Below the pieces are notes generated by a model. That model did not search any database, was not told the DNA's origin, and saw only the letters and a list, made by a program, of their open reading frames with translations. This document shows positions 15,187 to 24,201 of a stretch of 32,000 nt of DNA, in pieces. Location of the stretch: assembly GCA_016432445.1 (NCBI GenBank), contig CP066689.1:930001-962000 (forward strand), read 5' to 3'. Source of the DNA: Candidatus Saccharimonadota bacterium (GTDB taxonomy: Bacteria > Patescibacteriota > Microgenomatia > UBA1406 > GWC2-37-13). The first letter of the stretch is position 1. Every line of letters starts with the position of its first letter. Made by a program: the position numbers and the translations under genes.

Positions 15187-16903
15187 TGCCTCTTGGATCG
15201 TTTTTACAGCCGTTACTGTCCTTCTTTTTTTATACTTTGTCTTTTCTCCTGTCTTAAATTATGGCGGCGATATTGTTGAGTATTACGGGATTACTGAGTC
15301 TGTACTAAATCACGGAAATATAAACTTAACTCCTAAAGATCAAGAAAATATTACTAAAACCTTAAACCCAGGCTATTTCAATGACCCCCAATATTATATA
15401 AGAGGTGTCGGCGATAACAGATATCCAGTCCATTTTATTTTTTATTCCCTTTTGACAATCCCCGTTAGATTAGCGCTCAAAATATTTGAACTTAATGAAC
15501 TTCGCCTCTTCAGTCTTACAAACCTTCTTATATTTTCATCGACTATTTTTATAGTCCTTAAATATTTTCTTAAGTCTCAAGCGAAAAAACTAGCTTTTTT
15601 GACTTTTATCTATCTTTCTCCGCTTATCTGGTTTTTAAGCTGGCCGGGACCTGATATTTACTATACAAGCTTAGTTTTGTTATCAATTTTCTTATTTTTT
15701 AACAAAAAATATATTGCTGCCACTATATTGGCCTCACTAGCCTCATGGCATAGCCAACCTCTCATTGTTGTAGCTTTAGGATTTTTGGCTTATTATTCTC
15801 TTAAATCTATCCACATTTACTCAATCAATGAAAATAAACATCTAAATATTACCTTCAACAAATTATTTAGAATACTTGTTCTTCTATTATTAATAGCTGT
15901 CCCATATCTGCAGAATTATTTACTTTTTAAAGTTTTTAGTCCCTGGACTATTCTGCAAAATGGCTGGACAATAATTTATGGCTTTGGATTTCAGAATTTT
16001 CAGTTTAAAAAGCTGTGGGAAATGGTTTTTGATTTAAATATCGGTCTATTGTGGTACTCTCCAATCTTAATGGGTGGAGGAATTTATTACTTTATAAGAT
16101 CAATGATAAACTGGAAAAATAAAATCTTTATCATCGCCCTCGTTATTGTTACAGCTGTGTTTTATCAAACTAACCCAGCCTGGAATTATGGCACTTCAGG
16201 CTTCGGACCAACCCGACATATTCTTTATGCTCTGCCTTTTCTCATTTATTTCATAAGCAGTAATTATTCTTCCAAGATCATTAACTTTGTCATCATTGGA
16301 TTATTTATTGTCTCTCAAATATATATTTTCTCTTTTAACGGATTTCTTTCCCCAACGCTTTCCAACACCTTTCAACATACTCCTTACGCAAAATATCTTT
16401 TAAATAATTTTCCTCAGTTTTATGAACCTACTCCGGAAATCTTTGTTGACCGTACTAATCATAATGACCAAGAATATTTATATACTGCTGTTTATAAAAC
16501 TAAAGGGATTTGCAAAAAAGCCTATGTGCTTAAATCAGATAAGAAAAAACTGATTGAAGAATGCGGTTTTTTACCAAAAAACTATCTTGCTAAACTTGAT
16601 GATGATTTATCAAGAAAGGCAAACTTTCCCAGAAAAGTAATCACTAATGAAGCTACCTTCTGGCCTGACCCTAGAAGTTGTAGCCAGTACCCTCCCCTAG
16701 AATTACCCTATGTATGTATGAAAAATATTAGTGATTTTGTAAATTACACTGGAATATCTGATATTAAAAGAATAAGCAAACTTCCTGAATTTCCTTATAC
16801 TGGAGTTTGGAAGCTAAAATTAGGTCTACCGCTAAGAATTATTGTCCCTCCAGGATATATTATTGATTATAACTCAATTGAAGGAATCTATGTCAATTTT
16901 TAA
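15176..16903 (+). CDS. polytopic membrane protein, possibly a GT-C-type glycosyltransferase or glycan polymerase
   Basis: At least 10 hydrophobic helices in the first ~400 aa, then a soluble C-terminal domain. Its start overlaps the GT4 stop by 11 nt. Confidence 0.65.
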   Translation: MKDNASWIVFTAVTVLLFLYFVFSPVLNYGGDIVEYYGITESVLNHGNINLTPKDQENITKTLNPGYFNDPQYYIRGVGDNRYPVHFIFYSLLTIPVRLALKIFELNELRLFSLTNLLIFSSTIFIVLKYFLKSQAKKLAFLTFIYLSPLIWFLSWPGPDIYYTSLVLLSIFLFFNKKYIAATILASLASWHSQPLIVVALGFLAYYSLKSIHIYSINENKHLNITFNKLFRILVLLLLIAVPYLQNYLLFKVFSPWTILQNGWTIIYGFGFQNFQFKKLWEMVFDLNIGLLWYSPILMGGGIYYFIRSMINWKNKIFIIALVIVTAVFYQTNPAWNYGTSGFGPTRHILYALPFLIYFISSNYSSKIINFVIIGLFIVSQIYIFSFNGFLSPTLSNTFQHTPYAKYLLNNFPQFYEPTPEIFVDRTNHNDQEYLYTAVYKTKGICKKAYVLKSDKKKLIEECGFLPKNYLAKLDDDLSRKANFPRKVITNEATFWPDPRSCSQYPPLELPYVCMKNISDFVNYTGISDIKRISKLPEFPYTGVWKLKLGLPLRIIVPPGYIIDYNSIEGIYVNF

Positions 16904-19900
16904 AGACCGCAGCCGAAAATTTATATCTCTTATCATTTTGCACGCAGTAATCCTTATTATATTACTCATGAATTTTTCATGGGGAAAATATTTTACAGGT
17001 TGGGATGCCATTAATCCCGAATATAATTTCAGCCTAAATTTTCAGCGGTCTTTGTCAGCTTTTTGGCAGGAAAACTATGGATTAGGAACCATAGGCGGGC
17101 ACGGATTCGCGGCTCTTTTACCTCACACCGCAGTTACCTATTTGTTTTCTGTTATTTTTCCTCAGTGGGCAATTAGGACCATTTTTACTTTTTTTAGCTT
17201 TTACCTTGGCAGTGTAGGAATGTTTTTTTTAGTTCGATTTATAATTCAAAAATTGAGAGATGATAAAAAACTTAATTATTTTTTGCAGGATATACTAGAA
17301 AAAAATCAAGAATATTTAGCCTTAGCAGCTTCATTATTTTATATTCTTAATCTAGGAACGACTCAAACTTTTTATGTTCAGCTTGAACCTTTCATTGTCC
17401 AGTTTGCAGCTCTTCCTTGGCTTTTCTGGATTATTATCCGACTTCTAGATAACTGGAATAAAAAGAATCTACTATTATTTTTTTTCATTAATTTTTTAGC
17501 TACAATACAAGGATTTATTCCTTCTTTATTTGTCGCCTATGCTACAGCTTTAAGCATATTTATTATAATGACGGCTTTTTTTCATCGAAAATCGCCAATT
17601 TATTTAAAAAATATTTCCCTTATTGCGATCTTAACTCTGATTATAAACTTATACTGGATTATTCCTTTGGGCCATTATGTTTTAACTCAAAATCAGTCGT
17701 TTTTAAGCGCTTACAATAATCTTCAATCTACTCCTAATTTTGTTGAGGTTAGTAAAAAATATGGAAATTTACCTAATGTCGCCTTGCTCAAAAGCTATTT
17801 GTTTGATTCAGTTCAGTTTAATATACCAGTTCTTAAACCTTGGATTAATCATCTGAATAATCCTTTAACTGTTTTTATTGGCTATATATTTTTTTTGATT
17901 GTAGTAGGCGGAGCTGTTTTTTCATTTTACTTTTTTAGACAATATCTCCCCAAAATCTTGGCCATTATTTTTATTTTCTTTTTTGGCAATATAGCTATTT
18001 CAACTCCGCCGTTTTCTTTTGTAATAAACATCTTGCAAAGTCTCTCCCCCACCTTTGAGCAGGCTTTCCGCAATACTTTTACTAAATTTAGTATTGGTCT
18101 TGCTTTTGAATACAGCATATTTTTTAGTTTTGGACTGATTTTTTTACTTTTCTTTAAAAAGAAATATCTAAGATTTAACTGGAATAATAAGTATTTTTTT
18201 ACTATAATTATTTGTAGCCTTATTTTTTATTCGTTTCCAGTCTTCACCGGCAACTTAATTTATAAGAATCTTCTTCTAAAAATACCTCAAGCTTATTTTG
18301 ATATTTTTGATTATTTTAAAACTCAAACAGATGGAAGAATTGCTGATTTTCCTCAAGATTGCCCTGAAGGATGGTACAGCTATAGTTGGGGTTACATCGG
18401 TTCAGGATTTCAATGGTATGGCGTAAAACAACCTTTTGCTTCCCGCACTTTTGATGTCTGGAGCAATAATAATGAAAATTATTTTTGGCAAATAAATCAA
18501 GCTATCAGCGAGAAAAACTATGCACTCGTGGACTCCGTCTTTAATAAGTACAATATTCGTTGGATTTATTATGATCCCAATATAAAACACTGTCGGGATC
18601 AAAAAGCGTTTCTTCAGTATGATAATTTTATTCAATATTTATCCTTATCTAATAAGTACACCTTAGTAAAAACCTTTCCTTCTGATAATATTGCGTCCAT
18701 AAAGCTTTTTGAAAACAAATATTTTTCAGATAATAGTTCTTATGCAGGAGCGATTAACAACTTAGCGAACATTGGTCCTTTTTACAAATGGAATGATGAC
18801 GATCGGGCTTTTTTTGAGCGGGATGATTATATGACTACAGAAAATAAGGATTATGATATCTATTACCCTTTCCGTTCTCTATTTACCAAAAGAAGTTCTG
18901 AAGAAAAAGAATATAGCCTTAAGACTTTGAATAACTGGATTATATTCAGCAATACTATTCCCAAAAACGTTCAAAATTATATTTTTAAAACTAAAAATTA
19001 CAATGATATAGAGAAAAAACTGCCATTTTTCTTAAAGTTAACAAAAGTTGATAACACCACTTATGAAATTTTCCTTTCTTACATTTTTCCCCAGCTGTTT
19101 ATTGATGGAAAAAAATTATTAAATTACCAACCATCTTATAAGTTGGGAACTTTCAGAACTGATGAGTTTAAAGTAATGATTAATAATCTTGAAGCAGAGG
19201 GTGATGATGGACTATATAAAGATTATTTTACTCTTAATACATCCAATAAAATAGAAATTATTAACAGCTCTTCTGCACCAATTTTTTCTTGGGATAGCGA
19301 ATCAGATATTTTGTATAAAAACATCATCAGCAAAAATTTTACTCTTAATATCCCCTCTTTTGAAAATGGTTATCTTGAAGTGATAACTCCTAAAATCAGT
19401 GATAAAAAGTTAAATGGTTATGAGGTTTACTCTGAGCTTGACAGTAATCTACCTCAACCTTGCGAAAAGAATACTCTAAATAAAAATCTTTCCTATGAAA
19501 TCGGAAAAGAGCAAGGAATCAATTTCGTCCGGCTTATATCAAAAAAATTCAATCAATGCTTGATATATAATCTCGATCAAGTTTCAGCGGCAAACAGTTA
19601 TTTACTGGAGATAATCTCAAGAAATATAAGCGGTGCTAATCCGCTTTTTTACATTTTTAATCGTAAAGGAGAACGTTACCTTGACTTAAATATTAACAAC
19701 AACTCCTTATTCAAAAATCACTCTTATATTATTCCGGCAGTGGCAGAAGGCGAGTTGGGTTATTACTTGCACTTTGTTAATAAAGCCGGTATCAAACAAC
19801 AAACCATAAATGACTTTGGAGGCTTTGGATTATGGCAAATACCCTATGAATTTATTAAAACAATTAAGTTTCAAAATAAAGTTACAAATAATTTAACAAT

Positions 19901-20294
19901 TAATAATGACATTATAAATCTAGATGTCTCCCACCCTAATTCAACAGTTTACTCTTTTAATATCCCTGAAACAGAGATTAATTACATTGTGTTATTTCAA
20001 GGCTTTCATCCTTCATGGAAAGCTTATGTGTTACCACTGTCTCAACTCACTTTTTTAGATAGTTTCCTGCCTTTTATAAAAGGAGCAGAATTAAAAAACC
20101 ATGTTTTAATAAACAACTGGGCTAATGGCTGGAAATTAGATTCTCCCTCAAATATAAACAGTCAAACATCGGTTGTTGTGATTTTCTGGCCGCAATATCT
20201 TGAATTTATCGGTTTTGGAATTTTAATTGTCAGCTTCGCTGTTATTTTGATTCGTTCAAAATCTAAAACCTTGCCTGACGGCAGGCAGGTCTAA
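16890..20294 (+). CDS. very large membrane protein with a GT-C-like (DUF3367/AftD/YfhO-like) architecture
   Basis: About 470 aa of polytopic N-terminus (WDAINPEYNF...WQENYGLGTIGGHGFAALLPH), about 650 aa of soluble region, and a single C-terminal TM segment. The ATG at 16890 follows GGAAGGA and overlaps the preceding ORF. Confidence 0.7.
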   Translation: MSIFKDRSRKFISLIILHAVILIILLMNFSWGKYFTGWDAINPEYNFSLNFQRSLSAFWQENYGLGTIGGHGFAALLPHTAVTYLFSVIFPQWAIRTIFTFFSFYLGSVGMFFLVRFIIQKLRDDKKLNYFLQDILEKNQEYLALAASLFYILNLGTTQTFYVQLEPFIVQFAALPWLFWIIIRLLDNWNKKNLLLFFFINFLATIQGFIPSLFVAYATALSIFIIMTAFFHRKSPIYLKNISLIAILTLIINLYWIIPLGHYVLTQNQSFLSAYNNLQSTPNFVEVSKKYGNLPNVALLKSYLFDSVQFNIPVLKPWINHLNNPLTVFIGYIFFLIVVGGAVFSFYFFRQYLPKILAIIFIFFFGNIAISTPPFSFVINILQSLSPTFEQAFRNTFTKFSIGLAFEYSIFFSFGLIFLLFFKKKYLRFNWNNKYFFTIIICSLIFYSFPVFTGNLIYKNLLLKIPQAYFDIFDYFKTQTDGRIADFPQDCPEGWYSYSWGYIGSGFQWYGVKQPFASRTFDVWSNNNENYFWQINQAISEKNYALVDSVFNKYNIRWIYYDPNIKHCRDQKAFLQYDNFIQYLSLSNKYTLVKTFPSDNIASIKLFENKYFSDNSSYAGAINNLANIGPFYKWNDDDRAFFERDDYMTTENKDYDIYYPFRSLFTKRSSEEKEYSLKTLNNWIIFSNTIPKNVQNYIFKTKNYNDIEKKLPFFLKLTKVDNTTYEIFLSYIFPQLFIDGKKLLNYQPSYKLGTFRTDEFKVMINNLEAEGDDGLYKDYFTLNTSNKIEIINSSSAPIFSWDSESDILYKNIISKNFTLNIPSFENGYLEVITPKISDKKLNGYEVYSELDSNLPQPCEKNTLNKNLSYEIGKEQGINFVRLISKKFNQCLIYNLDQVSAANSYLLEIISRNISGANPLFYIFNRKGERYLDLNINNNSLFKNHSYIIPAVAEGELGYYLHFVNKAGIKQQTINDFGGFGLWQIPYEFIKTIKFQNKVTNNLTINNDIINLDVSHPNSTVYSFNIPETEINYIVLFQGFHPSWKAYVLPLSQLTFLDSFLPFIKGAELKNHVLINNWANGWKLDSPSNINSQTSVVVIFWPQYLEFIGFGILIVSFAVILIRSKSKTLPDGRQV

Positions 20295-20324
20295 GATCGA
20301 TTATCAAAGATCTAATGTGCTACG

Positions 20325-20333
20325 TGCTATAAT
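20325..20333 (+). promoter_or_regulatory. extended -10 promoter (TGcTATAAT) of the ATPase gene
   Basis: TGCTATAAT at 20325-20333, 14 nt before the ATG at 20348. Confidence 0.4.
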
Positions 20334-20347
20334 AAAAGAAACTATCT

Positions 20348-22513
20348 ATGAAAACTCTCTCTCATCTCCAAGTTAGGAACCCTAAAGATGATGAAACGCC
20401 AATTGAGGCTTCAACTCAGATCTTCTCATCTCTAGTCCCCTATCCTTTTATACCTTTATGGAGGAGACTTCTTTTTTCGCCGCGGACTTATGCTTTTGAA
20501 ATTTTTCTTTTAGGCCAGACTGTTTATTTTTATATCTCTGCTCCCTCGGAAAACGAAACCTTAATCCAAAGTCTCGTTACTTCATCTTTTCCTCAATCGG
20601 TTCTTCAGAAAACCACTGACCCTATGGATATTGTTTTAAAATCCAAACATATTATGGCTGGAGAGGCTTGTCTTAACGCCGCTTTTTATTATCCGATTAA
20701 AACTTATATGGATTTTACGGATGTTGATCCAATGGCTGCACTTTTAGGTTTTTTAGCAAAACAACCTGCCAATATCAAAATGGCTGTCCAGATACTGATA
20801 ACCCCAGCTTCATTCCCGTGGCAAAGTCAAGCTGTAGCCGCAGCAGCACTACAGTCTTTAGATGAAGCCTCGGAAAAATATGTCCGTAATCCTCATCAGC
20901 TTTTGATTATGAGAAAAGCTTCATTTCAAGGAGGTAGAACTGCTATCCGCTTAGTTGTCGGTTCAGACACTGATAACACACCGCTTCTTCCTTATCTACA
21001 AAACCTGGCCGGAACTTTTGGCACTTTTTCTTTGGGTGAAGGCAATCAGTTTGTTTTTAAGCGACCTTTATTTACGAAACAGCGTTTCCTTTCCCGGGTT
21101 AAAAAAAGAAAGATAAATTATTTTGAACGGCAAAACCAGATCTTAAATGCTCAGGAAATCGCCAGTATTTGGCATCCTCCAGGGTTTCTACTGGCCGGAA
21201 TTAAAAATGTGGCCTGGGGTAAGACTCTGGCTGGAGAGCCGCCTGAAAATCTGCCTGTTTCTGAAGGTATTACCGATCAGGAAAAACAAGGCGTCAACTT
21301 TTTTGCTAAAACCGAGTTTAAAAACAAGGAAACTATTTTTGGTATTAAAGATGCCGACCGGCGCAAGCATGTTTACATTATTGGAAAAACCGGAGCTGGA
21401 AAATCTACCCTCATTGCCAACATGGCTATAGACGATATCAGAAAAGACAGGGGCATTGGTATTATCGATCCCCACGGCGATTTGTCAGAAACTATTCTTG
21501 ATTTTATTCCCAAAAGACGCCTTAATGATGTTATTTACCTTGAACCTTTTGATACAGAAAGACCTTTTTCTTTAAATGTCTTGGAAATTAAAAACAAACA
21601 GCATAAAGATTTAGTTGCTTCAGGCATTGTTTCCATTTTCAATAAGCTTTATAAAGAAAGCTGGGGACCTCGTCTGGAGTATATTCTAAGGAATGTTATT
21701 TTAACCCTGCTTGAAATACCCAATGCAACTCTCATTGATGTTTTATCGCTTCTAGCCCAAGAGGATTACCGCAGAAAAGTAGTCCGTGAGATTCAAGATC
21801 CAGTCATTAAAAATTTCTGGGAAAAAGAGTTTGCTAAGATGCCAGACCGTCTGAAAGCTGAAGCCATTTCCCCTATTCAAAATAAGGTCGGACAGTTTGT
21901 TTCCTCCAAAATGATCAGGAATATTATTGGTAAACCAAAATCTTCAATTGATCTTGAAGCCGCCATGAATGAAGGGAAAATACTGATCTTAAATCTCTCC
22001 CAGGGAAAACTTGGAGAAGATAATGCGGCTTTGCTTGGCGCCATGATGATCACTCAGATCCAGCTTGCGGCCATGAACCGTTCTTTTGTCAAAGAGGAAG
22101 ATAGAAAAGATTTTTTCCTTTATGTTGATGAGTTTCAAAATTTTGCCACCTCATCTTTTGTAAAGATCTTATCTGAAGCAAGAAAATATCGGTTATCTTT
22201 AGCTTTGGCTAACCAGTACATTGAACAGCTTGAAGAAGAAATTCAAAACGCAATATTTGGCAATGTCGGTACACTTATGTCATTTGTTGTGGGTGCCCGC
22301 GACTCGGAAATATTATCTAAAGAGTATGGCGAAATTTACACTGAAAGTGATTTAGTCTCCCTTGGAAAACATGAGATTGTTTTGAAGCTTTCTATCGATA
22401 ATATGACCTCTGCTCCATTCCCGGCCAAGACCCTTCCTCTTCCTGCCTTAAAAAATGAAAATAGAGAAAAAATAATCAAGTTATCGAAAGAAAAATATGG
22501 AAGGAAGGTATAA
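20348..22513 (+). CDS. TraD/VirD4/TraG-like (type IV coupling-protein-like) P-loop ATPase with a ~340-aa N-terminal domain of unknown function
   Basis: Walker A IIGKTGAGKST, Walker B FFLYVDEFQNF, and LALANQY. There is no N-terminal TM helix and no other T4SS gene in the window. Confidence 0.75.
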   Translation: MKTLSHLQVRNPKDDETPIEASTQIFSSLVPYPFIPLWRRLLFSPRTYAFEIFLLGQTVYFYISAPSENETLIQSLVTSSFPQSVLQKTTDPMDIVLKSKHIMAGEACLNAAFYYPIKTYMDFTDVDPMAALLGFLAKQPANIKMAVQILITPASFPWQSQAVAAAALQSLDEASEKYVRNPHQLLIMRKASFQGGRTAIRLVVGSDTDNTPLLPYLQNLAGTFGTFSLGEGNQFVFKRPLFTKQRFLSRVKKRKINYFERQNQILNAQEIASIWHPPGFLLAGIKNVAWGKTLAGEPPENLPVSEGITDQEKQGVNFFAKTEFKNKETIFGIKDADRRKHVYIIGKTGAGKSTLIANMAIDDIRKDRGIGIIDPHGDLSETILDFIPKRRLNDVIYLEPFDTERPFSLNVLEIKNKQHKDLVASGIVSIFNKLYKESWGPRLEYILRNVILTLLEIPNATLIDVLSLLAQEDYRRKVVREIQDPVIKNFWEKEFAKMPDRLKAEAISPIQNKVGQFVSSKMIRNIIGKPKSSIDLEAAMNEGKILILNLSQGKLGEDNAALLGAMMITQIQLAAMNRSFVKEEDRKDFFLYVDEFQNFATSSFVKILSEARKYRLSLALANQYIEQLEEEIQNAIFGNVGTLMSFVVGARDSEILSKEYGEIYTESDLVSLGKHEIVLKLSIDNMTSAPFPAKTLPLPALKNENREKIIKLSKEKYGRKV

Positions 22514-22515
22514 GA

Positions 22516-22767
22516 TTAGATCTTTGATCTCTCTTTCTTCTTCCTCAATCTATTTAAAAAGTAACCTAAAACTGCTCCGGCGGCAACTTTTATAATTTCC
22601 GATTTGCCCAATCTAGTTATGGACTCAACTTTTTCCGTGGCCTCAGATTTTAGTTTCTCGACTTTTCGATAAGTCATCCATAAAAAAACAGCCGCTACGA
22701 TAATTAAAATAAACCATGAAATCATCACTGCAATTCCTAAAATATAGAAAATTGTTTGAATATCCAT
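22516..22767 (-). CDS. small membrane protein
   Basis: N-terminal TM helix (IFYILGIAVMISWFILIIVAAVFLW), a helical linker, and a basic tail. It abuts the ytxH stop, so operon arrangement is likely. Confidence 0.55.
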   Translation of the reverse strand: MDIQTIFYILGIAVMISWFILIIVAAVFLWMTYRKVEKLKSEATEKVESITRLGKSEIIKVAAGAVLGYFLNRLRKKKERSKI

Positions 22768-23226
22768 TTATTTTTTTCTCTTATTTTCAATTTTTCTGGT
22801 AGTTTTTTCTTCACTTTCTACTAATTTATTCCACCTTTCCACAAAGTAATCTTTTAATTGGTTAAGTTTTTCATCAGCTTGGTTTGTTTCTTTTTTAACT
22901 TGTTCTATAGCTTCTTTTACAATAACAACGTATTTATCTTTATCAATGTTCTCAACCCGTTCTTTAACAATATTCAACTTTTCATCAATGATATCAACTA
23001 TTTGATTATAAATTTTTAAACCTTCCTCACCGGCTATACCGAATAACTCTTTTACTTTTTTTTGAGTTTCTTCACTGCGAAGCATCTCTTTAATCTCCTG
23101 CAGTTTATTAATGACTGCTTCTCTATTTTCTTTTCCAGATTTAGGAGCAATAAATATACCTGTTAAAATACCCATGATCATGCCAACTACCACCCCTACG
23201 CTGAATTTATTTTTATTGTTATTCAT
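22768..23226 (-). CDS. YtxH-domain protein
   Basis: VGVVVGMIMGILTGIFIAPKSGKENRE is the YtxH signature. A long charged coiled-coil-like region follows. Confidence 0.8.
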   Translation of the reverse strand: MNNNKNKFSVGVVVGMIMGILTGIFIAPKSGKENREAVINKLQEIKEMLRSEETQKKVKELFGIAGEEGLKIYNQIVDIIDEKLNIVKERVENIDKDKYVVIVKEAIEQVKKETNQADEKLNQLKDYFVERWNKLVESEEKTTRKIENKRKK

Positions 23227-23256
23227 AATGTCATTTTACAACAATCCTATCCTTGA

Positions 23257-23315
23257 GTCAAAATCCAAAATCCAAATAATAAAAAATCATTTGACATTTG
23301 AAATTTGGATTTTAT
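23257..23315. repeat. family C palindromic repeat, second copy
   Basis: gtcaaaatccaaaatccaaataataaaaaatcatttgacatttgaaatttggattttatgg. Confidence 0.65.
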
Positions 23316-23368
23316 GGAGCGTTTCGTTCAACTCTCTTGTACAGATAAAGAAAATCTTCTATAGGTTA

Positions 23369-23377
23369 TGCTATAAT
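23369..23377 (+). promoter_or_regulatory. extended -10 promoter (TGcTATAAT) of GC-rich cassette 2
   Basis: TG at 23369-23370 and TATAAT at 23372-23377. No good -35 box seen. Confidence 0.35.
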
Positions 23378-23479
23378 AATAGCAATATTCAAATATGGGT
23401 TGGTACAACGCCATATTTTTACCTTGAAAGTCTTTACGTCTTTTCAGCGTAAGATAGGAAATATTGGACTTTTAAGGGA

Positions 23480-23501
23480 ACTTTAACAGACAGGGTTCAG
23501 A
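23480..23501 (+). repeat. cassette 5' boundary box plus left arm of a 10-bp inverted repeat
   Basis: ACTTTAACAG (23480-23489), AC, then AGGGTTCAGA (23492-23501). The exact reverse complement lies at 24113-24122. Confidence 0.65.
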
Positions 23502-23608
23502 AAAAAAGAAAATGAAAAGAGGGTAAAAAAAACAAAAGAAAAATAGAATAAAGTATAGTGGAAAAATACAGTCTCAACTGTATCTCTCATGTCAGAAAGG
23601 AAAGGAAA

Positions 23609-24109
23609 ATGAAAATTCTATCCGCGATCCTAGTTTCCGTAATTCTGCTGGTAGGATGCGAGTCATCCGCTCCAACGTATTCCGGCGGGTACGTTAGCCA
23701 GCAACCACCAAGTCAGTCTCAATCCCAGGCAGCGCCGTCAAATCCAGTATCCGCAGTGATGCTGACTAGCGACAACCTTGACCAGTACATTGGGGGGGCG
23801 CCGTGGGGATACGCGCCATCGCAGTCGGCAAACTGCAATCGGCAAATTGTGGGCTACGATCCAGTAGCTCAGATCACCTTTTCCAAAGGTACTGCCCTGA
23901 TACCAGATTTACAGGGCTTACCCGCAACTTACAAGGTCTTTGACAAATCGCGGTTTTTAGTAACCATCGCCTCAGCAACGCAGTGGGTTTTCGAGTACGT
24001 GAGTATGAAAAAAATCGTGCTTGATCAACCAGCGCGGCCCAACCTTGTCGCCGGACCAGGACCAACCCCCACTCCTTACCCCAAACCAATCTGTGTCTAC
24101 ACCAGGTAG
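23609..24109 (+). CDS. lipoprotein of unknown function (GC-rich cassette 2)
   Basis: AAAGGAAAGGAAA precedes the ATG at 23609. MKILSAILVSVILLVGC is a signal peptide with lipobox L-V-G-C. The mature N-terminus is Gln/Ser/Pro-rich, and the tail is PGPTPTPYPKPIC. Confidence 0.65.
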   Translation: MKILSAILVSVILLVGCESSAPTYSGGYVSQQPPSQSQSQAAPSNPVSAVMLTSDNLDQYIGGAPWGYAPSQSANCNRQIVGYDPVAQITFSKGTALIPDLQGLPATYKVFDKSRFLVTIASATQWVFEYVSMKKIVLDQPARPNLVAGPGPTPTPYPKPICVYTR

Positions 24110-24110
24110 G

Positions 24111-24200
24111 AATCTGAACCCTTATCTCAACGAGGGGCTTTGTTGTTTTAAAACAACCCGCAACCCGCGGTCAAAAAAACAACTTAGCCCCTCCCCACCC
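24111..24200 (+). repeat. cassette 2 3' boundary: right inverted-repeat arm plus hairpin trailer
   Basis: AATCTGAACCCTTATCT (24111-24127). GAGGGGCT (24132-24139) pairs with AGCCCCTC (24186-24193), enclosing the perfect palindrome GTTGTTTTAAAACAAC (24142-24157). Confidence 0.6.
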
Positions 24201-24201
24201 T

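Noticed and set aside
20273-20286. GCCTG-acgg-CAGGC hairpin at the 3' end of the 1135-aa ORF as an intrinsic terminator
   Set aside because: The stem is short, lies inside the coding sequence and has no following T-run. It is noted only as another GC-rich palindromic motif.
23111-23452. 113-aa plus-strand ORF overlapping the ytxH start and the intergenic hairpin repeat
   Set aside because: It is antisense to a well-supported gene and reads through repeat family C. There is no start context.
437-23608. N-terminal extensions in the ORF track (starts at 437, 1208, 5685, 11287, 12706, 16842, 23558)
   Set aside because: Each extension reads through a promoter, hairpin repeat or upstream gene end. 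Internal ATG starts with better context were chosen instead: 488, 1229, 5664, 11236, 12784, 16890 and 23609.
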